Source: Vicugna vicugna
Taxonomy: Eukaryota
Length of the DNA: 64,000 nucleotides
NCBI GenBank assembly: GCA_013265495.1
Contig: MU058252.1
Location: 1,150,244-1,214,243 of the forward strand
Direction: 5' to 3'
The first letter of the stretch is position 1, and the number at the start of each line of letters is the position of its first letter. The notes under the pieces are model-generated. The model saw only the letters and a program-made list of their open reading frames with translations. It was not told the origin of the DNA and made no database searches. The translations under genes and the position numbers were made by a program. This document shows, piece by piece, positions 38,841 through 52,134 of this stretch.

Positions 38841-40725
38841 AGAATCATATTCTGTACCACTACACTGCATGAAAGCTTATTTTTGCTAGTGTGTAAGAGT
38901 ATTTCTCCTCTGTCATTGAAACTGTTAATTTCCTTTACTATTCAATAGCTGACCATATGAAGTGAACATGTATATCTCATTCTACCATAGTATTTACAGG
39001 ACACTTATTTTAAAGACTATAGGAAAGCTGATAAAGTAAATGGCTTGTTTTAAATCATCTAGATGAATTATTTCCATTTCAAGTCATTTTTATCTGGATT
39101 TTTACCCAATACAAGAAAAGATTCTTAGGGAAAACATGTTAAATTCCCTGACATTTTAACAAATAAGTACTAAGGTTATTTGTTGTTTTCCTATTTATTC
39201 TCAGACTTACGCATTACTACCTTAAAAAACTTGGCATTATGTATATTTAAGATTACTAAAATGCTCGGGAAAAATCTTTTCTGATATTTTCCCTAACAAG
39301 TTAAATAATATGTCACATTTTCAACTAATGTCACTTATCGCAGTTTGAAATACTGAACTCGTCACCTGTTTACATGGTAGAGTGGTTTCCAAGTCAGTAA
39401 TTTATGGTCCTACTGTGAGCATAAAAAAGACATACATGAACACAAAGGACTGGAAGGTCTTTTCTTTCCCCTCAGTTTTAGTAAACACAGCCAACTTCCA
39501 GTTTTCCGACTGCCTCTCCTTGTCCTCTTAAGCTGCTCTCTCCTTCAGCTCTTGAGCTTCTTTGAACAAGGGACAGGGCAGGGTCAAGTTGGATAGTTTC
39601 GTTGGTTTTTGATTGGAATAAAAGATTTCTTTAAGGTAGTGATTAAGTCAGGACTAAAGCAATCCCGATTTCTTTTTCCTCAACATCCAATGAGAGAGAT
39701 AAGAATAAGTGAAAATTGGGGGTATCTGCTTCAAAATGGTCAAACAAGTCATAGTTTTCTTTTCATTTTAAGAATCAACAGAATGCAGTAATTCAGTCAT
39801 AAAGGACAGTCAATTGTGCTTACACATATTCAAGAAAATCACCTAAGTTATAAGTAGTAAGTAGTTCCTTTCTTTTTTTTAAGATTCCACATATAAGAAA
39901 TATCATATGGCATTTTTTCCTCTCTTTCTGGCTTACCGTTGTTTTACCCTTAAAACAAATATTAATATTTTCAACACCTTGTATGACATCAGTCAGCTGA
40001 AAAGGTTCTTCCAATAGTGATATAAAAAAAGTGGAATCTAGAATTCCTTTGAAATTCTTGATTAGTCTAAATTTAAAACCCTTATTCCAGAATTATTCAT
40101 ATACAGAAGATGAAGAAAAACTATTTCCTCTAGTCAGTAAAATATTTTAACTTTTTAGATGATTAACACTTTTTCAAATTAATTTTTTACCTTTCAAACT
40201 GCATCACACTACTTAACTTACTTCAAGGACTGGCAGTGTCATCCACCAATGACATGAAACAGAAACCCCATGATTTTTAGGCTATTAATACAGACAATGA
40301 AATCTGCTACATTTTGGCATTTCTTCTCCATTAGTACATAACAGATTAATGTAGTTTTTCTTCTGTTCTTTTCTAAGCAACAAAATTTTATGATACCACA
40401 AACGAACAAGTCCTTAATTACTTTATAGCCTATGTGACAAGGATTTCCCTCATAAAAATACTGCTAATTACAATATAAGAGGAAGCAATCATTTTAGAAG
40501 GTTAAAAATTTACACTTAAAATCAGTCATGTAAAGTGGCAATTTAATTTCCACCTAGTACAGGTTTTTAAATGCAAGCATGTTGCTTTTTCATATTAAAA
40601 CTTTTGGATTAAAAAAGTGGCTTTGGATCAACTATTTATCTAGAAAAGAAAGGTTTATTAACTTCTACTCCGACAAAACCAACCAGAAAGAAATGATATA
40701 CGAATGTAAATGCAATTTTATTTAC

Positions 40726-40845
40726 CACTTTGATGCTCCAAATGGCACTGCCAGGAAGCTGCCTGGGTTTAAAAATTTCCCGACCTTCTGAAATGTCTGG
40801 GGACCAGGAAGGTGGGCTCACTGTATTATGTGTACTCCAAGCCCC
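40726..40845 (-). CDS. KMT2C: KMT2C exon ~15 (120 nt)
   Basis: tcctag|GGG...GTG|gtaaat; GAWSTHNTVSPPSWSPDISEGREIFKPRQLPGSAIWSIKV. Confidence 0.93.
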
Positions 40846-42049
40846 CTAGGATATGGCAGGTGAGAAAATAGATGTATAAAACTCAGCAACATAAAAAGTC
40901 AAAGCCAGCAACTAAGGAATTTTAGAACAGCAAAACCAAATGCAGACGTACGGAAATTTAGGACAAATTGCTTCAAGGTAGGGAAAATAAGCTTATCACT
41001 TAAAGATTTCATACATAAACGTTTGAATGAAACTTAGTAAACATTAAAGTTTATGTGACATAAACTGCAATTATGGTGCCAAAACATAAATAAACGTCGA
41101 TCAAACTTTAAGAATTAACACTGTAAGAAGCTATTTGGGGATTATTCTCTCCTAACAACTATCACTCTAATGTAACTTAAAGAATGTTATGTATATTTCT
41201 TGCTATAAAGAACCAAATCAGAAGGACAGAAATGCAGTCAGAAATATGAGCAATAGGCATATTCACTTTAAAATTTGGGATAGTCTGTAACATTAAGATG
41301 CAAATACCATTATAATCCTAGCACTTAATTATTGTTCCTTCAGTGACCATTAGTTGTGAGGTTTGTTTTTTGTTTTTATTTAGGAGACTATTACACTTAG
41401 ATTACACCCAAGGGACGAATTTGAAAAGTGGAAAAATGTTAAAGCAAATTGTCCTAAATTTGCAAATTAAAATGCCTGAAGTATCTGATTATATATACAA
41501 GAAATGGTATCTTATTAAAGTAGTTAAAACTAAGACACTTTGCTTCCAAAAAACCACATTCAGCAATAACCTGAACTAATCTGATGAAGATGCTTAGCAG
41601 TATAAAGAAAAATGTTTACTTCACATAGATAACATTTTAAAGAAAAACACAAAACAAATGTCAAACAATGAAGAACCAATTTGGAATTAGATAATTCAAC
41701 AATGCATGCTATAAATTTTACCAATTAAATGATCAAAACTAAAGACAAGAAACACAGTACTTACCAGGTTTCTGGAATATTTTCACACTAACAAGTAGTA
41801 GCCTATTAATCACATAAAAATACCACCGGGAATTTAAATAATCAACCAGAAATAAGAACTTGACTATCCTTTGGGGAGGATCCAGTTAATGAATTAACAG
41901 TATTCTGAGAAAGATCTCACAGAGAGACTGGTTTCACGCGTAACTAACCTACCCTGGAGCTCAGCTCATAGCGATGCTGATTTCTGAGCTGAGCTGAACG
42001 ACCTCACTCGCCCACCGGAACATCGTCTTGCATCTACATCTACACCCGT

Positions 42050-43080
42050 GCTGCCAAAAGCAACTTCTCTGTTGTCATTTCACTCAAACCCTCAACATCT
42101 ACACTCAGTTCTGTCGGGCTCTGTGCCGCACATCAGTGAACATTTCTCTGCCTCCCCTCGCTGACCTTTCCCAGCCTCCCATGCAAGTTCTCCCCTGGCC
42201 CCTCCAGCCTCTATAAAGACCTCAGTGCTTCCAGGGTGAAACCCGGACAGCTCTCCTCTCTGTAGTCTGATGCTGAATGCACCTTGGATGATATTGTCTC
42301 TCAAATTCACATTTCTAGTTCTAACATGTTCCGAGTGCTCCGAGTTACTATGAATCTCAATTTCCTTCTTAATGTTTCCATTCTGACACACAAAACCTCT
42401 CAGGTTTACTACATCTAAAATCTCCCCTCAACAAGTTCCACTTCATAGCCTTTCCCATCTTTAGAGGTGAATTCCGGTCCCTGGGCCAGAAAACTGGGAG
42501 CCTAGGGCCCTGTTCTCCCTCCTCACCCCCGCTGCCCCTCCAGTCCTCTCCCCTCTGCTCCTTCAGTCCTAACCGTCAGTAGGGTCGGCACATTTTACCT
42601 TCCAGCTTTGTCTCTGACCATTCCACAGCCGACCCCAGCTGTCCCCTGCCCTTCCCGCCTCACCTGCACCTCAAGCCTCTCTCCACAGGCAGCCAGAGGG
42701 ACTTCAAACAAATGTAAATCTGACCAAACAAGACACTACAACCCTGTCCTAAACCCTTGGCAAGTGATCCACAGAACAATAAAATCAGATCTTTCCCACT
42801 GTTCCTCCAACCTCATCTTCTGGCATCTCTCACTGCCCGTATGCCCTCACTACGTGGCTCCCTTCCCACACCAAGCTCCTAATGGGGACCTATTGACTCA
42901 GAACTGCACCAACTTTCCAATGGCCGGTGCCTTCTAATTCTTCAGCTGTGGCCTTAAGTACTTCCTCATCAGAGAGGCCTTTTCCTAGCACACCAAGAAA
43001 CTATCATCTCCCTCACCACACCTTTCATATCATTATTGATCATAATTCGGCATCAGATGTTTTATTGTTTATAATTACTT
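42050..43080 (+). mobile_element. L2 fragment
   Basis: Pyrimidine-rich with L2 motifs (cagccagagggacttcaaacaaatgtaaatctgacc; cttcctcatcagagaggccttttcctagac). Confidence 0.65.
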
Positions 43081-46000
43081 AGTGGTAGAGTGTGGGAGCA
43101 AGAGGTATCTAAATTTAGCTCTCTCAATATTTCCACTCAGTATTTTTCCCCTAAGGATACTGGCTAGTGTATATCTCAAATTCCTTTTGGTAGATCATTT
43201 AATGTTATCAGTAGACAGTTCTTAAAACATACCACAAAAAGTCATATGCTAAAATAACGTTGTATTATTCATCATCATTGAAAAGATAGCTTTAATGCCA
43301 AAATTTATCTCATTTCAAAAAGCATTCACACTTCTCAGCATGGATGAAGGAAATGAAGGGTTCTATAGATTAAGAATGTTTAGATGCCATTTCAGGGATA
43401 ATTACAGATCCATTCAACTGCTATGAAAAACTTGTATATTAAAAGCTTAGGTGATTACAAATTTTAATAAGTATGTTATCATAAGGCACTGGGAAGACAG
43501 AGGACGTGCAATTTTATAGGAACTGAAGAAAATTAGTTATAAATTACCCTTCAGATCTCAGCTTTGATCATAAAGAACTTAGACCATTCAGAAGAGGTTA
43601 GCTCCCCCCATCTGCTGCAACATGCTTTACTGTTGTTACACTTGGTTTTACTTTAACTACACTTGTATTTTTCTGTTGCCACTGGAGAACAAGATCCATG
43701 AAAAGAGACTGCTTTTTGTTTACTACGCTGTGTTAAACATTCCGTTCAGCACTTACTGAACTATCTTTTTCTACTGAGCATTTCTGCACGCATGTATACA
43801 TAAATGCATCAATAAACACTGTACTGATATGAAACATACATTCTGCCAACTGTAGCCTAGAATTCCTTACTTATTAAAAAAAATAAATAACTGATCTATC
43901 CAATGCACTGTTACTCTTAAACTACCTACAAACTGAATTAAAAGCAAAAGGGTTAGAACAGGTAACCATCAGGAGAATTTAAGTGACAAAGGGAGCTAAA
44001 CTTAACAACTTGCTCTCAAATCACAAAGAAACTTAAAAACTACTACTTGGAAGAGACTGAATGAGATTCCAACAACAATCACTGAACCCCCAAACTGTGT
44101 AAAGTTGGTATTAACCTTTCTGCTTTGAGGCCAGCTTCTCAGGTAAACTTACTGACCTAGTAAACTACACGGACTGTGGGAATAGGGACATGGTAACAAT
44201 AGTGGTTATGGGCGACTCTGGCTATCAAATATGATCGATGTCATAATTAGAACCCAAGAGTGTCCTAACCTACTGAATCAGTCTGAAGAGGGGCCAGAGA
44301 AGGTCTGGCGTCTCCTGCACAGCTTAACACCTCCAAGTCCTCGAGTCCACCCTCACCCAATATACTGTGCAAAACCAAGACTGCTATTAAAGGCTGAGCC
44401 TGATTTAGACAAAGTGCAAACGGTGAAGAGAGCGCAAAAAGGAGGACAACTAGTAAAAGAAACAGAAAACGTTAAGCATTTATAATTTGTCTTTGTTACA
44501 TTCACTCATGTACATCACAGCTACAGCAGCAAACAATTCATTTCTGCGACTTACAGAATTAATTTCACATAAATAAGTTATAAATAAATGAGTTCAACAC
44601 CAAACAGAACAAGAAATTTAGCCCTGATAGTGACTTGAGAAGATACAGAGTATCTTACAGGGGAAGTACAGAAATAGCTGTTGCCAGCTTCCACCTTCAG
44701 TAATTTAAGAATGTGAATTTGGCTGGTGCTAGCAATGGTTTTGGTAATGGCTTAAAAAAAATAACAGGCACAAGAAAACTAAGAGGGATGTCTAATATTT
44801 CTAATCGTTATGTGCTGTAGCTTGACACCCCAAAGGACTAGACATTTTTTAGTTTGAAAACTATACTTTCCCGATTGTTTAGAGCAGCGCTTCTTGGACC
44901 TCCCCCTGAACGGGGGATTTTCTTACAATGGACCTTCTCACTCCAGGTAAGGTGGGGGCCTAAGAGTCAGCCTAGCAAACTCCCAGGTGGTACTGATAAT
45001 CCTGGTCTGCGGGTCACACTCCAAGTAGGGACGGTTTTGGTCATTCCTCCTAGAAAACATGCCTAAGTATGTAAGCCTGCGTTTTTCCTCTCACCTTTTC
45101 TGCTTTCCCAGTCCCTTGTGGTTTTCTCTACTGCAGCCCGCATCACACACAGCATAATTAACAGGCAGTTCAGTTCTAAAATCTGTGCAACCACTATGCG
45201 GCCTTGAACCCGAAAGCCTACTACATGCTGGATGTACTGAGGCCAGTGTTTGGCTCAGTCAGGTCTGTGGTTATTTTCACTGGCACATTTCTTTAGAAAC
45301 AGTTTTTAGTCAGTCTATTCGGTTTCAGGACCACCACTCCAGAGCTACATTTAACACAGGTATATTATATCCTCCTCAAGTCTGCATTTTCACCAAATAT
45401 TTGCATTATTCTGCAATGCAAGAAAGAAAACAGGGCAGCACTACTGTCTGCTATGTGTCAGGTGCTTTATGTGTGTGATTGCTAATTTAAAAAAAAATCT
45501 GAGAGTCTTCCAGATGAGTCAAGAGTTTTACAAGGCAACCTGCTTGGTGTCACACAGGCAGTAATAAAGAATACAGCTTTGCAGCCAAACAACTACACTA
45601 CGGAAATGTGCACGCCGGATTTATACTGACCGATCTTTCTCAGTGTCAGTTAACTATACTACAAACATATGTAAACAATACAAAATACTTCTTAAAAGTC
45701 ACTTTTTTTTTAAAGGCAGCATAGTATTTAGACTAGAAGGTATGTGGAAAAATCACTGCCAACCTCTACTCCACATTTTGCTCATAAAGAATAGAGAATA
45801 TTATTCACTAATGAAACCTTTGATAGGTTCTAAAAGTATCAAGATGTGTAGGTTTTAACTCACAGGTATCTGAGAACAGAAAAACATAACTACTAAGGTA
45901 ATTTCCTTTAATGAATATCACTGTGTATACATTATATAAAGCAATATTTCAAAATTCAAACTTATTTTACTTAAAAAGCTGGGTATGAAATAAGTTTTCA

Positions 46001-48418
46001 AGAACTGAATCTCTCCTTATTTGGACAATATGATTTTCAGACCTGACTTCTTTTTTTAAAAGCAAAAACAAAACAAAACCCCCAAAACATCAACAGTACA
46101 TCTTACTAAAAGATTTATGTCTACAAACCAGACATGGTGTCTACCATTGAAAGAGGCAGGAGGGGAGGGGAGGGAATTGCTTACTTGCAATTGTCAACAA
46201 AACTACAGTCCTCTACAGCTCATCACTGGAGGCCTGTTTTTCTCTCACAGGAACAGATTATGAAACTGATATGTTAATTCAAAACACTCATTTAAAGTGC
46301 TGCTGTAGTACACATGCATGTCATAAAATTCCAGGGTTCTTAATTAGCTACTTAAATTGATGAAAAATAAGAAATCCAGTTCACAATGTAATGGGAAAGT
46401 GTTATGATCTAACGAAGTACCATTTTTGGAAATCTACTATACTGAAAAAATTTCACCTTCTCTGCAAGAATCTCTCAGACATGTCTTAGAACTTATGGAA
46501 ATGCCTAAGCTTTCCACATATATGACGTTAACAAAAAAATGGTGGAAAGGTAAAATTAAGAAAACTTCTTGGAATTTGAGAGTTTAAAAATTAGGTTAAG
46601 AGTACTTATTTTCTAAGAAAACGTATGTCACAGATTCAGTGGAAACTTTCAGTACTCTCCACAAAGCAATTAGTACAGGAATGTCTGAATTAAATCAGTC
46701 CTGTGATTTCATTAAATATTTTCCCATAAAGTGAGATGATACCAAAAGGGTAAAGAGAGGATGAGTGGTCTTGTTCTACCCAATCCATACTCATCACAAA
46801 AACAGCCAGTAACAAGCAGCTCTGAATCACCAAGGGAAGGCTGTTTCCTATACAATTAAAACCAGACTAACTGGGAGGTAGAACAAGCCGTTTATGGAAT
46901 TACCAGCAGAAAGTGAAGTAGTGATGAGACAGTGGTGGTGAAATACAAATTGGAATACTACCAGAATTGGAAGACAACATAGCAGAAGCAATAATAAACA
47001 TCAGGGCATGGCTAATATAAAATGGGACGAACCTAGAAGAGAAAAATATACACACATACACACTCTCACACAAATACACATATACATGCCCACACTATTC
47101 TGCAACATAAGTCAACAGAAAAACAATCATAATGGTTTCTCAATTGGAACAGAAGTCTCTAAAATTTAACAGGAATATTTATGATGCAACATCCTTAAAG
47201 AATGTAAATATCAGAACCAAAATTAAATGTGAAATTCAAATTTCCATTGCTAAAGTCTTTTCAGAGCCCGAACTACATAATTAGTATATGCTATTCAAAA
47301 AGAGAAAAAGGAAAACAACTAAAGAGGAAGAGAACTAGATTGAAAAGAAGAATCTCTTGGTAACAGAAAGTATCAAGTAAAATACTTAGACAAAGGCAAC
47401 ATACTGTGTTTGAGTTTAGTGAGCGTGCCTTTGCCACAGAAAAACAGTTAAATCCCATGTGGCAACCACTTTGCCTTTGGTGTAAAACTAACTACAGACT
47501 AATTTTCACATTAAAATGAAGTATGACTTAATTTTTCAATTGATCTTACAATTAGATGATCAAGATCAAGATATTACTATTCTTATTAAAAAGTCAAACT
47601 TTAATCACCGAAAGCAATTTAAATCATGAGACTTAAAACTCCCCAAATGATTATTGCAACTAAACTTCTGCACTGTTTAGTATCCTGCAATTTTCTAAGA
47701 ACTTCAGAAAGTAGGAATTTTGTAGAACACATAATTCTTAGCTACAGCATCTTCAATTCTGCCTTGTAGTTTCACGCCAATCTCACAAGAACTGGAACCC
47801 ACCCTTACAGTGCAGAGTCCACACACCTGAAAACAGTCATGGGAAGAGCTCCCTTTACTTTCTGGAGATCAACAATTCCAGGATTTTTTTTCATGAAATC
47901 ATTGAAATGAATCCCAACTTAAAACAAAAAAATCCCATAAAAGTTAGCAATTAACAAAAAAATCAAAATGAGAAATTTCCCAGTGTGAAAAACTTTAGTA
48001 AAATCTGATGCTTAAGTAGTTAAAAATATGTACAATGAATGATAACAACAAAAAAATATACAAGAAGGGAAAACTAAACGTTATTTACACTATACTCAAA
48101 GCTATACTGTTTTTTAAAGCTCTATTGTTACTGTGGCATAGAACCAAAATTTTTTCCAAGTGTTTTCTATTAGAAACTACAATGAAATAGGTTGATTTGC
48201 GTGTCCCAACTAAGCTACAATTCCAATAAGACCGCTTCCAGTTTAATAAATTAGTCTACATTAAGAGTATTTTTTTAATGGCCAAAACAAATAAGTCAAC
48301 ATAAGTTCTCCCTGAAGATAGAACAAACTGACTTCTAAAACAAACCCACACACACACATTCCTATTTTACACAACTCCTGCAACATCTTTTCCGTCAACA
48401 CCATTAAAATCGCCATAC

Positions 48419-49137
48419 CTGTTTGGACCGAGGTCTACCAGGAGAAAATTTTCTTTTGGTAATAGCTGGTTTACCCATGCCAATTTTTGGAGTGACTGAA
48501 ATGTAAGTTGTTGGCATGATGTTTCCAACAGAAGCATTGAGAGCTGAAGGGTAACTATGCAGCATGTCGTGGGAAGGCAAGTCTGAAGAAAGGGGTGGGG
48601 AGGAAGACACATTTGCTTTGCTTATGTCCGCTGCTGATGAAAATGATGACTCTGTCTCAGATGGTAATTTTATAGATTTGTCTTCTTGGCATAAACCATC
48701 TTTCACAGAACTTTCAGATGCAGGAGTCATTTCAAAGTCCATAAGTGCATTAGAAGGTTCAGAATTTTCTTTCTGTTCCATTTCTTCTCGTACCCTCTCT
48801 GTAGCCAACGGTTCCTTAGAACAGAAAGAAGTACTTTCCCGACACGGGGACACTAAGGTTTCTGGTGGAACAGTGACAGGTTCAGCGATTACTGTTGGAG
48901 GCCTTGATTCTTCTGTGGAAGCCTCTACCTTAGGGTGAGCTAGCAACTGTAGCTCCTCCCGCTGCACAGTCACCCGGGGAACAAGGACTTCAACGGTCTC
49001 TGTCACTTCCATTTTGTTTTCATTTTGATCTTCACTACAAATATGCATTACTTTAGAAGACATTTCCATTTTTTCACTACCCATTTCATGAGAAATCTGA
49101 TTTTCCAATTCAGGATTCATTTTATCTTGGGACGATT
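48419..49137 (-). CDS. KMT2C: KMT2C exon ~14 (719 nt, acidic/Ser-rich, ends in AT-hook-like PGRPR)
   Basis: ttatag|AA...CAG|gtatgg; lies within the 256-aa ORF 48404..49174: ESSQDKMNPELENQ...TTYISVTPKIGMGKPAITKRKFSPGRPRSKQ. Confidence 0.96.
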
Positions 49138-49945
49138 CTATAAAATTTGGAATATTTATTATGTTAATGTACATGTGAATTTTAAAATTTCTAACTATGA
49201 GTAGACGTAAAACACTAATGTCTTATATGCCTGTAGCTCTCCTTCTTAAAAAGTGGGAGGGGGGAACTTCCAAAACATACTTTTGGTTAAAACTATGACT
49301 TAAATCAGAAGGTATTCATCAAGAGAAGCAATTACTAAACTAGTGAAGGCCAAAATACACCAGGGCTTATGGGTTACAATCAGTCACAGATCAGACAAGA
49401 AAACCCACAGAAACACTGCCTTAATAGGATCCCCAAAGCTTAAGGTAATTTCTGGTAAGAATAAGAAAATAGAATTAATTTCTAATATAACTATTATACA
49501 TACATGATGTTTTACAGTTTGAGAACTTACAAAATGATTTAAAATTTTAGAGATGAAGTTACACAGATTTTACAGCTACGAAAATGAGGTTTAGTTATAT
49601 GATATGATATGTCCAGTAAGCAGACACACCAGATGCAAAAAGCTTCTGCAGACTCAAATGAGTAATGACAACAGAAAGAAAAGATTTATTTTGCTTAGCT
49701 GTCCTACTAACATAGTCAATACATTTTTTGGATGGAATCCTTGTTCTTCCTCATCATCTATAACCAAAAAAACTAATCTTAGCAAATCAATAAACATAAT
49801 AAGACATTAGAAGTCCCATTAGTCGCTGACGAGTGAATTTTAAATCAGAGTACTACTGTCTTAAACCTTTAACCCAATGCTACTTAAGAGTAAGGTCGGA
49901 CATTGTAAATTGGCTACACTTAATAACAAATTAAGAATTAAGAGT

Positions 49946-50085
49946 GGAAGGGTAGAGCTCGGTGGTAGAGTGTGTGCCTAGCATGCACAAGGTCCTGGGT
50001 TCAACCCCCGGTACCCCCTATATAAATAAATACATACATACCTACCTAACTACCCCCCCACCAAAATAAATAAATAAATAAATAA
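49946..50085 (+). mobile_element. tRNA-derived SINE, Vic-1-like
   Basis: ggaagggtagagctcggtggtagagtgtgtgcctagcatgcacaaggtcctgggttcaacccccggtacccc plus (TAAA)n tail. Confidence 0.85.
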
Positions 50086-50809
50086 GGAGTAAGGTTAGCA
50101 GTCCAATGGACTTGAACCCTAAGTGGCTTTATAAAGTAAGACCACTGAAGATTAAAAAAACACTCATTTCAAATGCTATCAAGGTAATTTCTAAGGTACA
50201 TTAATAAAGACATTAATTTCCTTATTTACTATTTACCACAGTGACTGAAGTTTATCTAAGTTCTGATACCCAAATGAAATCTCACTTCTTATTTTCTGCT
50301 TTACTAAAAGAGTTGAAAAGGAAAAAAAAAATCAAATAGAAGATATAATCATACTAAGTATCTTTAAACACAAAAATGCCTCAAAAATGCCTCAAAAATA
50401 CTTAGTATTTTGAAAGTGATAAAAAACAGATTTTTAAAACAGAAAATTAAATATACATAAATGGAGTGAACATTTATGGGTTAAACAACCACAAGTACCA
50501 TCATTCAAGTGACTCAAGTACAACAATCTCAATGTAATGCTGTATGAAGCCTACATTACATGCCGATAGGAGACTGACTACCTCACACCTCGCTGGCAAA
50601 CAGGACCATGTACAACACAGATACAGAACATGGCATATCCTTTCTTCTGGGCTAGGCAGGAGGGGCATGATAAAAACAGAAACACGCTCTATTTCTGCTC
50701 TAGAAATCCACTGCTGATTGTTTTTCAAGAAAAGGATCACTTAACCCAGAGATTTCATTACTGTAATGCGCATGTAGCAACAATAAACAATTCTTTGGTA
50801 GAACTAATT

Positions 50810-50921
50810 CATTAATTTTTTGGTGTTGGGGGGTGGTAAATTAGGTGGGTTTTGGTTTTCCCCCTTTAATGGAGGTACTGGGGATTAAATCCAGGACCTT
50901 GTGCATGCTAAGCATGTGCTC
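50810..50921 (-). mobile_element. 5'-truncated Vic-1-like SINE with target-site duplication
   Basis: Minus strand agagcacatgcttagcatgcacaaggtcctggatttaatccccagtacctcc; TSD tggtagaactaatt (50796-50809) / tggtagaattaatt (50922-50935). Confidence 0.85.
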
Positions 50922-51032
50922 TGGTAGAATTAATTTTTAAAGTTAACAGACAATGACTGGACTCTGCACAGCAACCGGAGAGGCATTCTGTTCTAAGTCA
51001 ACACACTTAGACGACACGACCACGCCGCTTAC

Positions 51033-51107
51033 CGGAAACGAGAGGAGCATGCGTGTTGAGGCTCTCTGGGGCGTCTCCCTTCTGCTGCTCTCCAGTATGG
51101 ACGGGAA
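51033..51107 (-). CDS. KMT2C: KMT2C exon ~13 (75 nt, divergent)
   Basis: cacggcag|TTCCC...TCCG|gtaagc; VPVHTGEQQKGDAPESLNTHAPLVS; phase 1-1 fits both neighbours. Confidence 0.82.
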
Positions 51108-52020
51108 CTGCCGTGAAGAACATGTTTATGCAATCTCTAGCAAGGAGGCAAAATTTCTCTAACCCTGCTTTCTCATCAATGATTTGAGTAAGATATTTAT
51201 CCTACTACCAAATGCCAATTTCCACTGTAAGCATAAGACATCCTATTACTATCTATTTGTAAGCAGAGTATCAAGATGAAATTAGGAATGTATGGTAAGA
51301 TTTTCTATTATAGTTTTCTTATTTTTCTTCACTTGACATCTTTATGAAGTATACTTTTTAATGAGATTTGTTAACTTAACCTCAAAAAATCTCCAGGTTT
51401 CTATGTATATACTCAATCTATGTAACATACAGTCTCACACACCATCTCACAGACTTTCAGGTGAGATCAAGATTAAATACAATAAGTAGTTTTTCCCCAG
51501 TGCGGTCTCTCATTAATTCCAGATCCTCAAGTACAATAATTCCTACTATCAATATTGCAAAAAGCTTAATTGAAGTATCATTGAAATAGCTGAAATAATC
51601 CTCAATGGGGCTGCGGAGATAATCTAAAACAATGAATTTTTCATTATCTCAGCATGAAATGTCTCACAATCACCAACAGCTCTAGTTAGTAATTACAAGT
51701 ATGACTAAAGAAAGAAAGAAATTGCTTTTTAATGAAAATCACTTGATCCCTAAACAAAGTAGATATTTATGATTAAGTCTAGATTACAGCTGAACTATAA
51801 ATACATACATACATATATATATACACACCCTTTCCCCTATTAATTTCTGTCTAAGGTTATTTTACTTTAAAAGGCTCCTCTCCAAATAATTTCCTAAGTG
51901 ACTATGTCTTGGCTAATTTTTATTTAGGGTACTAACATTTTAGCAGACATTCACATGTTCACTGTTTATATACATTTTCTTCAGAGAATAGACTATATCC
52001 ATTATCAAAAACATTCTTAC

Positions 52021-52134
52021 CCTCTGGAACAATTCCAGGTATGGACTCCTGACCATTGACCTCTTTATCAACTGCTTGTTCCAGAAATACCATGTGGTCT
52101 TCAGAGCCTTCAACTTCCATTTCATTGTTATAAT
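52021..52134 (-). CDS. KMT2C: KMT2C exon ~12 (114 nt)
   Basis: gttaag|AT...GAGG|gtaaga; DYNNEMEVEGSEDHMVFLEQAVDKEVNGQESIPGIVPE. Confidence 0.93.

Noticed and set aside
41958..41995. Perfect 11-bp hairpin agctcagctca / tgagctgagct with 16-nt loop
   Set aside because: A stem of this length is not unexpected by chance in 64 kb, and it matches no RNA family I recognise.
48564..48938. 124-aa plus-strand ORF
   Set aside because: Antisense shadow of exon 14. The same applies to 22134..22349, 38114..38296 and 9469..9840, which overlap other exons.
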